From assembly GCA_017517035.1 (NCBI GenBank), contig JAFXAN010000122.1, forward strand, positions 16,201-80,200: a stretch of DNA of 64,000 nucleotides, given 5' to 3'. Below are positions 26,878 to 36,221 of this stretch, in pieces. Made by a program: the position numbers and the translations under genes. How positions within the stretch are numbered: the stretch's first letter is position 1; every line of letters starts with the position of its first letter. The notes under the pieces were generated by a model, which had not been told where the DNA came from, did no database searches, and saw only the letters and a list, made by a program, of their open reading frames with translations. This DNA is from Clostridia bacterium. Its GTDB lineage: Bacteria; Bacillota; Clostridia; Oscillospirales; CAG-272.

Positions 26878-27018
26878 ATTATCTCAAATTTTAATTTTAA
26901 AAGTACCGTTTTTAACAGATGCGTAAATCATTTTCATTATGGTTTTTTTACGCTTTTCCTCAAAGTGGAAAAAAAGAAATAAAAATAAGAAAAATAAGTC
27001 GAAATAGTAGAAAAATCA

Positions 27019-27047
27019 TTGACAAATAAGGCAAAATATGGTATCAT
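27019..27047 (+). promoter_or_regulatory. promoter TTGACA-17-TATCAT (TGn)
   Basis: Reads TTGACAAATAAGGCAAAATATGGTATCAT. Confidence 0.45.
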
Positions 27048-27084
27048 TTAGAAAAAAATAAAAAACCGAAAAGAGGTACTTATT

Positions 27085-27858
27085 ATGGCAAGAACAGAAT
27101 ACGGTCTGCAGATGTACTCCATGAGAGATGTAACAAAGGACTCAATGCGTAAAGCACTTGAGGATGTTGCGAACATGGGATATAAATATATCGAGTTTGC
27201 AGGCTTCTTTGATTACAACCCCGAGCAGATCAAAACATGGCTCGACACCTTCGGACTTGTTTGCTCCGGAACACACACAGGTCTTGATGCTATCACACCC
27301 GAGACCATCGACGAGACTATCCGTTATCATAAGATAATCGGTTGCGACAATCTCATCGTTCCCGGCTGCAATTGGAGCACTCCCGAAAAGGCACAGGGCG
27401 TTATTGACGCACTTAACTTCGCTCAGAAGAAGCTGGCAGAGAACGGTATCCGCCTCGGCTACCACAACCATTCAAGAGAGTTTTTCCCCACAGCATATGG
27501 AACAGTTTTTGAGAATGAGGTTATTGAAAAGACAAGTGTTGAGCTTGAGATCGACACATTCTGGCTCTTCAATGCAGGTCTTGATGTAATTGAATTTCTC
27601 GAAGCACATAAGGACAGAATCAAGGTCGTTCATCTGAAGGACGGTATTCCCTCTGAGGATTGCAACAAGAATTTTGATCATGTTCATGACTGCGTTAAGG
27701 GCTTCTCTGTAGGTTCGGGAAGAGCACCTATCAAGGCTGTTCGTGAGTGGGCAAATAAGAACGGTGTTCTTATGGTGATCGAGTCCGAGGGACTTCAGCC
27801 TACAGGAACAGAAGAGGTTCGCCGCTGTATCGAATACCTCCGCACACTTGATGACTGA
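27085..27858 (+). CDS. sugar phosphate isomerase/epimerase (xylose-isomerase-like TIM barrel)
   Basis: Layout YKYIEFAGF ... GYHNHSREF ... VHLKD is typical of AP_endonuc_2/IolE-like proteins. Confidence 0.75.
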   Translation: MARTEYGLQMYSMRDVTKDSMRKALEDVANMGYKYIEFAGFFDYNPEQIKTWLDTFGLVCSGTHTGLDAITPETIDETIRYHKIIGCDNLIVPGCNWSTPEKAQGVIDALNFAQKKLAENGIRLGYHNHSREFFPTAYGTVFENEVIEKTSVELEIDTFWLFNAGLDVIEFLEAHKDRIKVVHLKDGIPSEDCNKNFDHVHDCVKGFSVGSGRAPIKAVREWANKNGVLMVIESEGLQPTGTEEVRRCIEYLRTLDD

Positions 27859-27870
27859 TATAAATAATAT

Positions 27871-27905
27871 AATCGGAGCTGATCTATTTTTGATCAGCTC
27901 CGATT
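27871..27905. terminator. bidirectional terminator (perfect 14-bp stem)
   Basis: AATCGGAGCTGATC-TATTTTT-GATCAGCTCCGATT. It overlaps the last codons of the ABC ATPase gene. Confidence 0.7.
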
Positions 27906-28481
27906 TATTTCATTAAATAAAATAATTTTTTTTGCACATTTTTCAGCCTCTGCGCCATCATGTGTTATCATGAGAATGAGCTTACTTTTGCCAATCTCTT
28001 TGATCAACTCTATAATATCCTCTTTCGTTTCCTCGTCAAGACCCGTGAAAGGCTCGTCAAGGAGCAGAAGATCACCGTCAAAAGCCAATGCTCTGGCAAG
28101 AGCAACTCTTTTTTGCATACCACCCGAAAGCTCGGAGGGATATTTTTCGAAGTCGCTGCCAAGACCTACCGCTTGCAGTGCTTTTTTTGCTTCTTCAAGT
28201 GTGGATTTTTTTCCTCCCAAAACAAAATTAACATTTTCTGCGGCTGTCATATGGGGGATTAGTCTCGGCTCCTGAAAAGCATAAGAAACTTTCTTATAAT
28301 CATGGACAATGCTGCCGTCATCAGGCTTTAAAAGTCCGCAGATCAGAGAAAAAAGTGTACTTTTTCCGCAGCCGGAAGGACCCATTATGGCATATATTCC
28401 GTTTCCATCAAGCTCGATGGAAAATCTGTCAATAATTTTTTCATTTCCGTATGAGAAGGAAAGGTTATCAATTTTAAACAT
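27894..28481 (-). CDS. ABC transporter ATP-binding protein (NitT/TauT-type, short)
   Basis: Walker A GPSGCGKST, signature LSGGMQKR, Walker B LLLLDEPF, H-loop ITHD. Confidence 0.85.
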   Translation of the reverse strand: MFKIDNLSFSYGNEKIIDRFSIELDGNGIYAIMGPSGCGKSTLFSLICGLLKPDDGSIVHDYKKVSYAFQEPRLIPHMTAAENVNFVLGGKKSTLEEAKKALQAVGLGSDFEKYPSELSGGMQKRVALARALAFDGDLLLLDEPFTGLDEETKEDIIELIKEIGKSKLILMITHDGAEAEKCAKKIILFNEINRS

Positions 28482-29238
28482 TGCGTCCCCTCCTTAATGT
28501 AAGCCTTCCTATAAGAACTTCGAAGATGAACTCAATTATAAGGCTAAGTATTATTACAACAAAGGTCCAGGCAAAAAGATCAGCGGTTTCAAAATATGTT
28601 TTTGAATTGAAAAGCTCTTTACCGATGGAGCGTGCGGGCACGGCAAGCACCTCTGCGGCGATACCCGCTTTCCAGGCAAGCCCCAGTGAGGTCTTGAGAG
28701 CGGAGGAAAAATAGGGCAAAACCGAGGGGATATATATCCCTTTTAATTTCCCCCAAAAACCGATTCGGTAAACCTTTGCAAGCTCAAGAAGTTTTGAGTC
28801 TATCTGCGAAAGTCCTGTTGTGAGATTTGTCCAGATGACAGGAAAAACCATAAGAAGCGAGATGAAGATCGGGAGATTTCCTCGGTCGATCCAAACCAGT
28901 GCAAGAATGATAAAGGAAGCAACAGGAGTTGCTTTGATTACCGTTATAACGGGGCGCACGAGTGCAGCAATTATTTTTGAAAAATGGGTAAGAACAGAAA
29001 TTAGTATTCCCAGTGCAGACGCTAGAATTACGCCTCCCATAACTCGCATGAGTGAAAAAGCACTTGTTATATAAAACTCACCGTCCCCCATGATTTCGAT
29101 GAGTCTTTCGATGACCGAGACGGGAGACGGGAGCAGAAGCTCTTTTCCGACCCGCAGTGCCGCAAGATACCAAATCAAGATCCAGAATGCGGCAACTGCA
29201 AGGGTGGAAATAAAGCTTTTAAACAGCTTTTTTGCCAT
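28474..29238 (-). CDS. ABC transporter permease (NitT/TauT family)
   Basis: Multi-TM protein with an EAA-like loop (LELAKVYRIGFWGKLKGIYIPSVLP). It overlaps both neighbouring genes. Confidence 0.8.
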   Translation of the reverse strand: MAKKLFKSFISTLAVAAFWILIWYLAALRVGKELLLPSPVSVIERLIEIMGDGEFYITSAFSLMRVMGGVILASALGILISVLTHFSKIIAALVRPVITVIKATPVASFIILALVWIDRGNLPIFISLLMVFPVIWTNLTTGLSQIDSKLLELAKVYRIGFWGKLKGIYIPSVLPYFSSALKTSLGLAWKAGIAAEVLAVPARSIGKELFNSKTYFETADLFAWTFVVIILSLIIEFIFEVLIGRLTLRRGRNV

Positions 29239-30314
29239 TATTTTGCGTTATAGAAAATTTCTTCTGTGGGAAGCGCACCACCGACAGATGCGGGGTTTGC
29301 GTTAAAGAGAACATTGAAGAAGCTCATCATAGGCTCGTTCATATCAGCACCCGAAATGAATGCAAGATTGCAGAAGGGAAGAGCCTTGAGAGCAAGAGGA
29401 GCCTTTGGTATGATGCCTGCGGCAGCGATCATATCTGCTGCTTCCTCTTTGTTTGTGCTTGTGAAAACTATAGAAGCCTCATATTCACGAAGAAATTCCG
29501 CAACCTCTGCGCTATGCTCTTCAACAAAAGCCTTTCTGCCGACGATAACGCCCTGAATGAGCGGCAGACCGTCTGTAACCTCATTCCAAAGCTCGGACAT
29601 ATTGATGGCACGGCGGAGATTCTCGTTCTGTGCAAGTGTTGCTGTCACCTTAGGCTCGGGGAGAATAGCAAGATCAACCGTGCCTGTTGCGATAGCAGTT
29701 GCAAGCTCGTCGGGAGTATTATAGGTGAAATCGAGCATAACATCCTCGCCAACCTTAAGACCGCTCTCTGTGAGAAGATAATTGGAAATAAACTCGGGAT
29801 TTGCGCCCTGCTGGCAGCAGTAAACTGTCTTTCCTGCAAGATCCGAAACGCTATTTACAGTCTCACCGTTCTCAATTACATAAAGAACACCGAGTGTATT
29901 TGCGGCAAGGATCTGAACCTCGCCCTTTGTCTTTGCAAAGAGGACAGCGGCAAGGTTTGTGGGAACAGCGGCAATATCTGTGCTTCCGTTTATGATTGCG
30001 GGAGCAACCACATCAGCACCGCTTACGATCTCAAAATTATAAGGGAAAGAAGCCTTTCCTTCCTTTGCATCGCTCATAAGCTTTGCAAAGCCCATTCCGG
30101 TAGTACCGGAAATAACGGTAATATTGAAGGGAAGAGTATTGTCGATCTTAACTTCTTCTGTTTCGGGAGTGGTATCTGCGATGCTTTCTGTTGCGCTTTC
30201 GGCAGCAGTATCGGAAACGGCACTTGTATCTTCATTTTGTGTGTTGCCTCCGGAGCATGCAACAAGTGCGAATAGCATAATGAGTGCGAGAATAATGGAA
30301 GTTAGTTTTTTCAT
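29238..30314 (-). CDS. ABC substrate-binding lipoprotein (NMT1/THI5- or SsuA-like)
   Basis: Lipobox LVAC-SGG, followed by an acidic linker and a periplasmic-binding-protein-like body. Confidence 0.7.
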   Translation of the reverse strand: MKKLTSIILALIMLFALVACSGGNTQNEDTSAVSDTAAESATESIADTTPETEEVKIDNTLPFNITVISGTTGMGFAKLMSDAKEGKASFPYNFEIVSGADVVAPAIINGSTDIAAVPTNLAAVLFAKTKGEVQILAANTLGVLYVIENGETVNSVSDLAGKTVYCCQQGANPEFISNYLLTESGLKVGEDVMLDFTYNTPDELATAIATGTVDLAILPEPKVTATLAQNENLRRAINMSELWNEVTDGLPLIQGVIVGRKAFVEEHSAEVAEFLREYEASIVFTSTNKEEAADMIAAAGIIPKAPLALKALPFCNLAFISGADMNEPMMSFFNVLFNANPASVGGALPTEEIFYNAK

Positions 30315-30326
30315 GGTGTTTCTCCT

Positions 30327-31016
30327 TTATTTGTTATAAAATTTTAGCATTTTTTCTCTGTCCGAGAGAATGAAGCTCTTTCCGTCTTTTATAATGAATC
30401 CGTCCTCTGTCAAGGTGTCGATGGCACGGTAAAGAGATGCTCGACCAATGTCAAGAGTTAGGGCAAGTGCGCCCATTGAGGACATGGGAGTTACTTTCAC
30501 CGAGCTGTTTTCCGTTTTCATTCCTTCAGAAAGGGAATCAAGATAGATGGCAAGCCTTCTTTCGGCACTTCCTGCTGTGAAGCAGGCGATACGCTTATTC
30601 AAAAATCTGATGCGGCAACAGAGAAAATCCAGATAATTATACATTATCTTCTTGTCATTCTCCAGAAGATAGCTCATCTTCTCACGAGGAATGAAAAGTG
30701 CACGGCATTTGTTTTTTGCTTCAACACGGCTGATAGCAATATCGCCGCAGCTTCCTCCGAAAAGCTCTGCAACACCGAATATATCTCCTTTTGAGAGATC
30801 ACGGAGCATAACAGACCTATCCTCGTCTGAAGAAAATACTCTTGCTGTTCCTTCAAGAATGACAACGAGATTTCCCGATGGATCAAGCTCCTCACCCGAA
30901 GAAAAGGAACGGATATCAGCATCTTGCGGAATTGCCGATGAAATAAATTCCATGTCAGCCCCCGCAAAAAGCGGTATGTCTGCAAGAATATCGTGGATTT
31001 TATCTTTTTTCTCCAT
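30327..31016 (-). CDS. Crp/Fnr-family transcriptional regulator
   Basis: A cNMP-binding-like beta-roll (GDIFGVAELFGG) plus a C-terminal HTH (MGALALTLDIGRASLYRAIDTLTEDG). Confidence 0.8.
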   Translation of the reverse strand: MEKKDKIHDILADIPLFAGADMEFISSAIPQDADIRSFSSGEELDPSGNLVVILEGTARVFSSDEDRSVMLRDLSKGDIFGVAELFGGSCGDIAISRVEAKNKCRALFIPREKMSYLLENDKKIMYNYLDFLCCRIRFLNKRIACFTAGSAERRLAIYLDSLSEGMKTENSSVKVTPMSSMGALALTLDIGRASLYRAIDTLTEDGFIIKDGKSFILSDREKMLKFYNK

Positions 31017-31060
31017 TTTTGCTCCTTTTTTAAAAAAAGTGTATCATATGAGACAATTAT

Positions 31061-31088
31061 ATTATATCATATAATATAGATTTGTCAA
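31061..31088 (-). promoter_or_regulatory. promoter TTGACA-16-TATAAT
   Basis: RC reads TTGACAAATCTATATTATATGATATAAT, upstream of the Crp/Fnr gene. Confidence 0.5.
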
Positions 31089-31217
31089 GAGTTTAACGAA
31101 AAAATCCTGCATAAATAGTTTCAATCATAATTTCAGAAAAATATTCAAATCAAACAAAAAAGACTTGTTCACATTAAGATGGATATCCTTGTTTTGAAAA
31201 TCAATTATAAACAGAAT

Positions 31218-31242
31218 GGGCCATCTCCCCGTGAGATGGCCC
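31218..31242. terminator. hairpin downstream of the SpoIID-like gene
   Basis: GGGCCATCTC-CCCGT-GAGATGGCCC. The U-tract is poor on the minus strand. Confidence 0.4.
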
Positions 31243-31272
31243 AAAAAATTATTCTTCTTTTATTGTTGCAGC

Positions 31273-33462
31273 TTATTCGTTTTTCTGAAGCTCACTGCGG
31301 TGAATTATGTCAACTCCCGTGAAGTAGATATGGATGATATCCTCGGCAGCTGCGCCTGCATCCGAAAGGTCCTTTGCACCGTACTGACTGATTCCAACTC
31401 CGTGTCCCCAGCCTTTACCCGCAAAAATAAAATTATTTGAATCGCCGGCTGTTAGGGTTTCTGTTATCGTTTCAACCGTTGTAATGACAGTAACATCATC
31501 AAACTGCGAGGTTATCTTGTAGGCGTTTTCTCCAAAATCGGCAGGTTCTTTTGTGATGTACTCATTTTCTGCCGTCGTATCATCATTTTCTGAACTTTCC
31601 GTTTCGACCTCAAATTCAGTCTCAGGGTATTCGTCGAAATCCTCGGGAATGCTTTCGGGATCAAGAATATGAACTCTGTTATTGTCATATTCAAAGGCCT
31701 CTGCTTCATCATAATAATCTGCAGTTGCCACGCAAGAATTCATAACGACCTTACGACCGGTAGATGTCAGCACATAAGCCACCGGATATTCGCTTGTCAT
31801 CATCTCGTCTGTTGAGTCGATTATGATCGCATCGGAAATGAGAAGAGGAGAGCCTGTAACATATCCGTTTACGATAAATTCTTTCTCGGGAACAGGCACT
31901 GTGATAGGTCCGCTGCCGCCGACGATTTCAATATCGTAAACTTTATTGTAGCTTCTTGTAAGCTCGCCTTGACCAACCGAGAAATTTGCAGATTTTAAAT
32001 ATGTGGAAAGAGTCGTTCTGACAGCGTCGCCACGGTTTAGCTTGACCTTATTGCCGCTTGTATCTGTAAATGTAAGAGAATAAATATAATCGGGATTGTC
32101 CTCGACTGTTTCAACCTCTATAGATGCGATCGCACCCGAAAGATCGGTATATCCTCTTGAACGGAGGGTTTTGCAAAGCTCCTCGGGGGTTACTTCGCTA
32201 TGCCAAAGTCCGTTGTTATAGTCTGCGTATTTTTCCCAAGGGGTTGTGACCGAGGAAAGATATCCTCTTGCCGAGCCCCAAACATACTGCGAACCGACGG
32301 TCGAGCCTCCGACGCTTGAGGAATAATATGCGCTTATGACCTTTCCGTCATAAACCGTCACAAGTCCTTCGGTGCTGGAAACGGCCTCAAGAACAGCATC
32401 ATTTACTCTGTTTCGTCCTTTATAGACCTGATCGCTTGTGGTGGCGGTCATATCAAAGCCGTATTTTGAATACCATTTGCAGTAATTTGCAATTGCATAT
32501 GAGCGAATTGTGATGGCAAATGTACGAAGCACCTCACGGCTCCATGAATTGCTGATCTCATAGGGGAGAACACCTTCAACATAGCTTTCAAGCTCCAGAA
32601 CATTGGTAAGTGCAACGCCGTGATATTCTTCTTCATATCTGGGAATAAAGGTCATAACTCCCTCATAGAGGTTATTTGCAGGTGTCTGGATATATGAAGC
32701 ATATTCATCTGCCTGGAAAGCGACGAATCCAATATTGTCATCATTTCCCATTGAATCGTATTCAAAAAGAATAACATCGTTTTCGGGATTTACAACAGAA
32801 ACAGCTGTTTCTGAAGGCCCGACGACTTTGGCACTGTATCCATAAAAGCTATTTTCATATTCTTCAAGCAAAGCGAGGGCTTCTTCCTCTGTTGCAAAGT
32901 GACCGAGACGGATCTTTCTCTCTCCGCCGATATATGAGGGAATGGGATATAGCTCATCGTCATCAAGCTGCTTTGCGATATCATTCACAAGAAAATCAAG
33001 GGGAATTGCGCTCTGCTCATGAGCAAACTCAACATGGTATCCGCCGATAACAGTCTTTTCGGGCTCATCAGTGAGCGAATATGTCATTGATTTTTTTGAA
33101 AGGTTTCCGTCAAGAGTTGCGGAGGCAATATTGGTATCAAGATAATACGATGGGGTAAATGATCTGACATCTTTTGTGATCACAGAGGACCCCACAACGA
33201 ATCCATAAGGTGCTTTGATCTCGAAGCCTACAGTAATACTTGAACCATACATTAAACCGACGGCGATATAGGTATCGCCATCGGTTTCTGAAGAAAATGT
33301 GTAATCGGAAACATCGTAAGCAGCTTCGGCTGCGGCAACAGAATTACCGCTGAAAAGAATAGTTAAAGCCAAAGTACCCATGCCCGCGATCATGATAAAA
33401 GCGAGAATGAGGCAAAGAACACGTGTCCAATTGATCTTTTTCTTATTCTTAAGGTTCGACAA
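31273..33462 (-). CDS. SpoIID/LytB-domain protein (large, 729 aa)
   Basis: TTG start with AGGAGGTG 9 nt upstream. SpoIID blocks include LESYVEGVLPYEI, RSYAIAN, SDQVYKG and YYSSSVGGST. Confidence 0.85.
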   Translation of the reverse strand: MSNLKNKKKINWTRVLCLILAFIMIAGMGTLALTILFSGNSVAAAEAAYDVSDYTFSSETDGDTYIAVGLMYGSSITVGFEIKAPYGFVVGSSVITKDVRSFTPSYYLDTNIASATLDGNLSKKSMTYSLTDEPEKTVIGGYHVEFAHEQSAIPLDFLVNDIAKQLDDDELYPIPSYIGGERKIRLGHFATEEEALALLEEYENSFYGYSAKVVGPSETAVSVVNPENDVILFEYDSMGNDDNIGFVAFQADEYASYIQTPANNLYEGVMTFIPRYEEEYHGVALTNVLELESYVEGVLPYEISNSWSREVLRTFAITIRSYAIANYCKWYSKYGFDMTATTSDQVYKGRNRVNDAVLEAVSSTEGLVTVYDGKVISAYYSSSVGGSTVGSQYVWGSARGYLSSVTTPWEKYADYNNGLWHSEVTPEELCKTLRSRGYTDLSGAIASIEVETVEDNPDYIYSLTFTDTSGNKVKLNRGDAVRTTLSTYLKSANFSVGQGELTRSYNKVYDIEIVGGSGPITVPVPEKEFIVNGYVTGSPLLISDAIIIDSTDEMMTSEYPVAYVLTSTGRKVVMNSCVATADYYDEAEAFEYDNNRVHILDPESIPEDFDEYPETEFEVETESSENDDTTAENEYITKEPADFGENAYKITSQFDDVTVITTVETITETLTAGDSNNFIFAGKGWGHGVGISQYGAKDLSDAGAAAEDIIHIYFTGVDIIHRSELQKNE

Positions 33463-33952
33463 TTATATAAGCACCTCCTACCATAATATAAGCGCCGTTC
33501 GGGCTTGTGATCACTATTCCACGACCGTCCTCACCGCGAGGGATAAGGAGATTATGGTTTTTAGGAACTGCGGTGCCGTTCTTCAGGTCTGTACCGTCTG
33601 TAAGGTCGCTGAGTCCTTGATCTTCAAATGGTGAAACGATCTCTGCCTTGCCGCTTCTGAGAATGATCTCGGTTGGGGCAGTACACTGTACCTCTTTTCC
33701 GTATTCAACAAAAACGACCTCAAAAGTATTCGATGCGGGAAGTGAGCCGTCCTCTTTGCCGCCAAGTGCAGCGATGGAGGCACGGATAGGCTCAAGAACC
33801 TCATCAACATATTTAGTGAGGTAAGAAAGGGAAATGAGCGGATCGTATGTGCTGTCATATGTAGCCGCAAGTGTAAAGATGCTAAGCGACATTGTGAGTG
33901 CAAGGATGACAGCAATTATAACTGTTAGTTTTGTTTTGTTAAAATTCTTCAT
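33449..33952 (-). CDS. hypothetical membrane-anchored protein
   Basis: Start at MKNFNKTKLTVIIAVILALTMSL. It overlaps the SpoIID start by 14 nt, consistent with translational coupling. Confidence 0.5.
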   Translation of the reverse strand: MKNFNKTKLTVIIAVILALTMSLSIFTLAATYDSTYDPLISLSYLTKYVDEVLEPIRASIAALGGKEDGSLPASNTFEVVFVEYGKEVQCTAPTEIILRSGKAEIVSPFEDQGLSDLTDGTDLKNGTAVPKNHNLLIPRGEDGRGIVITSPNGAYIMVGGAYIIVEP

Positions 33953-34151
33953 AAAAAATCTCTTTCTGCGGACAATGCCGCACGCATATGGATTACAGAA
34001 TATATAATACACAGATATTATACCAAATCCGACTGTATTTGTCAAACATTATTGCCGATAATTTTATTTCTGTTCATATTTTGTGCATTTTTATGTTTAA
34101 AAATAGAAAAATTTGGCATTAATATTGGCAAAATTAATGTTTTCGTGTTAT

Positions 34152-34184
34152 AAACAAAAAGAGGCTTCAGCCTCTTTTTTGTTT
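34152..34184. terminator. bidirectional terminator hairpin, copy 1 of a duplicated 33-nt unit
   Basis: Reads AAACAAAAAGAGGCTTCAGCCTCTTTTTTGTTT. Confidence 0.65.
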
Positions 34185-34272
34185 CAGACTGTCGAAAAAG
34201 CTGTAATACCACAAGTAGATAACAGTAAAAATAAAATAGTTAAATATAAGAGAAAAAATAAAATTCAAAAAG

Positions 34273-34318
34273 AAGCACAAGGCAATCACGAGGAAAGCCT
34301 TGTGCTTACTTGTTTTTT
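34273..34318. terminator. bidirectional terminator hairpin
   Basis: AAGCACAAGGC...GCCTTGTGCTT forms an 11-bp stem with T-runs on both strands. Confidence 0.55.
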
Positions 34319-34425
34319 CCGTTCTTACACTCTGTCGTACTGAGTACGCCGACGAATGTAAGAACGGAAAATATTCCTACCTTTTTCGATGTCTGCCAGC
34401 GTGTCGAGACTTTCTCGACACGCTG

Positions 34426-34459
34426 AAACAAAAAAGAGGCTTCAGCCTCTTTTTTGTTT
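34426..34459. terminator. bidirectional terminator hairpin, copy 2 of the duplicated unit
   Basis: Reads AAACAAAAAAGAGGCTTCAGCCTCTTTTTTGTTT. It differs from copy 1 by one extra A and abuts the stop codon at 34462. Confidence 0.7.
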
Positions 34460-34461
34460 GA

Positions 34462-35283
34462 TCAGTCCTCAAATCTCTTCATGTATTCAACAAATTTTGG
34501 GAATGCTACCTCGGGCTCTGAAAGCTCGGGATGCCATTTTCTTTCATGCTCGAAGGAGAAATAGCCGTCATAGCCGTCACTTAGAAGCATTTTGACGATC
34601 TTTTCAATCGGTATCTCACCTTCGCCAATATCCTTTATATCCTTCTGATGATCGGGAAGTCTGATATGATCCTTCATATGAACATGACAGAGAAGGGGCT
34701 TTATGAGATCATAAAATTCCTCGATGTTTTCCTTATAGTATGTATCGCTGTGGGCGATGTCCCAAAGAATTCCGAAGCCTTTATGCTCCGAAAGAGCTTC
34801 AAGGGCGCCCTTGATATTTTCGATATTGCAAACATTTCCGTGAGTTTCAAGAAGTACCTTTACATTATTCTTTTCTGCATAATCGGAAAGCTCACGAAGC
34901 GAATTTATCATACGAGCCTCCGCTTCATCACGGCTATCATCATCGAGCTCCGGAAGCTTGTTGCCGAAAACTCTTATATAGGGGATATCCATTTCAGACG
35001 CAACATCAATTGCAGAGATACCTTCTGTGATAGATTTTTTCGCCATCTCATCGTCATCAAATTTGCAGCTTGTATCAAGGCAGACCAGCTTCATTCCGTT
35101 TGCACGAAGATATTTTTTGGTGCCTTCCGCATTTTCCTTTTTGAAGCATTCCATCTCGGCAGGATTCATAACATCGCTAAGACCTCTTACCTCGATGCCC
35201 TTTACTCCGATGTCCTTGAAATATCCGACCACTTTATTAAGTGACCATTCGCAGCAGCCGAGAGTTGTTATTGAAAGTTTCAT
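34462..35283 (-). CDS. sugar phosphate isomerase/epimerase (xylose-isomerase-like TIM barrel)
   Basis: Layout GIEVRG ... LLETHG ... HVHMKD ... FSFEHE. Confidence 0.75.
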   Translation of the reverse strand: MKLSITTLGCCEWSLNKVVGYFKDIGVKGIEVRGLSDVMNPAEMECFKKENAEGTKKYLRANGMKLVCLDTSCKFDDDEMAKKSITEGISAIDVASEMDIPYIRVFGNKLPELDDDSRDEAEARMINSLRELSDYAEKNNVKVLLETHGNVCNIENIKGALEALSEHKGFGILWDIAHSDTYYKENIEEFYDLIKPLLCHVHMKDHIRLPDHQKDIKDIGEGEIPIEKIVKMLLSDGYDGYFSFEHERKWHPELSEPEVAFPKFVEYMKRFED

Positions 35284-36221
35284 TGATAGGTACTCCTTAA
35301 TTTATCTAATAGTTTGGTGAAATATTCGGGATAGTCGCATTCAAAGCGAACCTTTTCATTTGTTCTGGGATGAATAAATGAAAGCTCAAAGGCATGAAGA
35401 CATTGACCCGATATGAGATTTTGATTTTTTTGTGCAAATTTTGAGCTTCCGCCGCCGTAAACATCATCACCGAGCAGAGGATGACCGATGCTCGACATAT
35501 GGACTCTTATCTGATGAGTTCTGCCGGTTTCAAGAATGCAATTGATATGGGTAAATTCTCCGAACCGCTCTACAACTTCATAATGAGTAATTGCTTCCCT
35601 TGCATTGTCAGAGCCTCGAAGCACAGCCATTTTTTTGCGGTCTGTGGGATGCCTTCCGATGGGAGCATCAATAGTTCCGCTGTCAGCTTTAAAATTTCCG
35701 AGAGCGATGGCGCTGTATATTCTGCTGACGGTGTGATCCTTAAGCTGCTCCGAAAGGGCAAGATGGGTAAAATCGTTCTTTGCCACCACAAGCAGACCGC
35801 TTGTGTCCTTATCTATTCTATGAACGATCCCGGGGCGTATAACTCCGCCAATACCCGAAAGGGAAGAGCCGCAATGCCATAGCAGGGCATTGACGAGAGT
35901 CCCGCTTGGATTCCCTGCTGCGGGATGAACCACCATCCCCTTTGGTTTGTTGACAACGAGAAGATCGTCATCCTCGTAAATTATATCGAGAGGGATGTTT
36001 TCGGGGAGTGCTTCGGAAGGCTCGGGTTCGGGTATCTCAATCTCAAATTCCTGTCCTGAGGCAACCTTTAAGCTTTTTGAGATCGTTTTCCCCGAAAGAA
36101 GAACATTTTCACCCTCAATAAGCTTTGCCGCCGCAGAACGGGTGATATCAAGTGCTTCCGAAAGCCAAGCGTCGATTCTTTTGCCCGAATCATTCTCACT
36201 CACCTTAAGAATCTGCATCAT
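35280..36221 (-). CDS. rluD: 23S rRNA pseudouridine synthase, RluA/RluD family
   Basis: Start at MMQILKV. It has an S4 domain and the catalytic HRIDKDTSGLLVVAK. Gene order lspA-rluD is conserved. Confidence 0.85.
   Translation of the reverse strand: MMQILKVSENDSGKRIDAWLSEALDITRSAAAKLIEGENVLLSGKTISKSLKVASGQEFEIEIPEPEPSEALPENIPLDIIYEDDDLLVVNKPKGMVVHPAAGNPSGTLVNALLWHCGSSLSGIGGVIRPGIVHRIDKDTSGLLVVAKNDFTHLALSEQLKDHTVSRIYSAIALGNFKADSGTIDAPIGRHPTDRKKMAVLRGSDNAREAITHYEVVERFGEFTHINCILETGRTHQIRVHMSSIGHPLLGDDVYGGGSSKFAQKNQNLISGQCLHAFELSFIHPRTNEKVRFECDYPEYFTKLLDKLRSTYQ

Noticed and set aside
26776-26982. 68-aa ORF (..SSQVILNEVKDLETLK..) in the 537-nt gap after the serine hydrolase gene.
   Set aside because: It starts inside the MITE-like element and is generated by the GTCATCCTGAACGAAGTGAAGGATC repeat module. 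It has no RBS, and its composition is typical of translated repeat DNA.
29232-30275. 347-aa plus-strand ORF covering the whole substrate-binding-protein gene. Similar long antisense ORFs occur at 51546-52670, 38338-39321, 14186-15112, 49962-50873, 1425-2300 and 24070-24744.
   Set aside because: Each lies exactly opposite a gene with clear family motifs (SBP lipoprotein, PEPCK, IleS, GH26, SdpI, FGGY kinase, LRR protein). Their translations are Cys/Ser/Ile-rich low-complexity strings with no RBS or known motifs. They are shadow ORFs of the real genes.
30315-30326. Expected TPP (THI-box) riboswitch upstream of the NMT1/THI5-like ABC importer.
   Set aside because: Only 12 nt separate the SBP gene from the Crp/Fnr gene. 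The region upstream of the regulator (31017-31100) is a plain AT-rich promoter with no THI-box-like CUGAGA element.
34113-34595. ORFs 34113-34343 and 34389-34595 in the hairpin-rich intergenic region.
   Set aside because: Both read straight through strong terminator hairpins. The second also runs antisense into the 3' end of the isomerase gene. No RBS is present.
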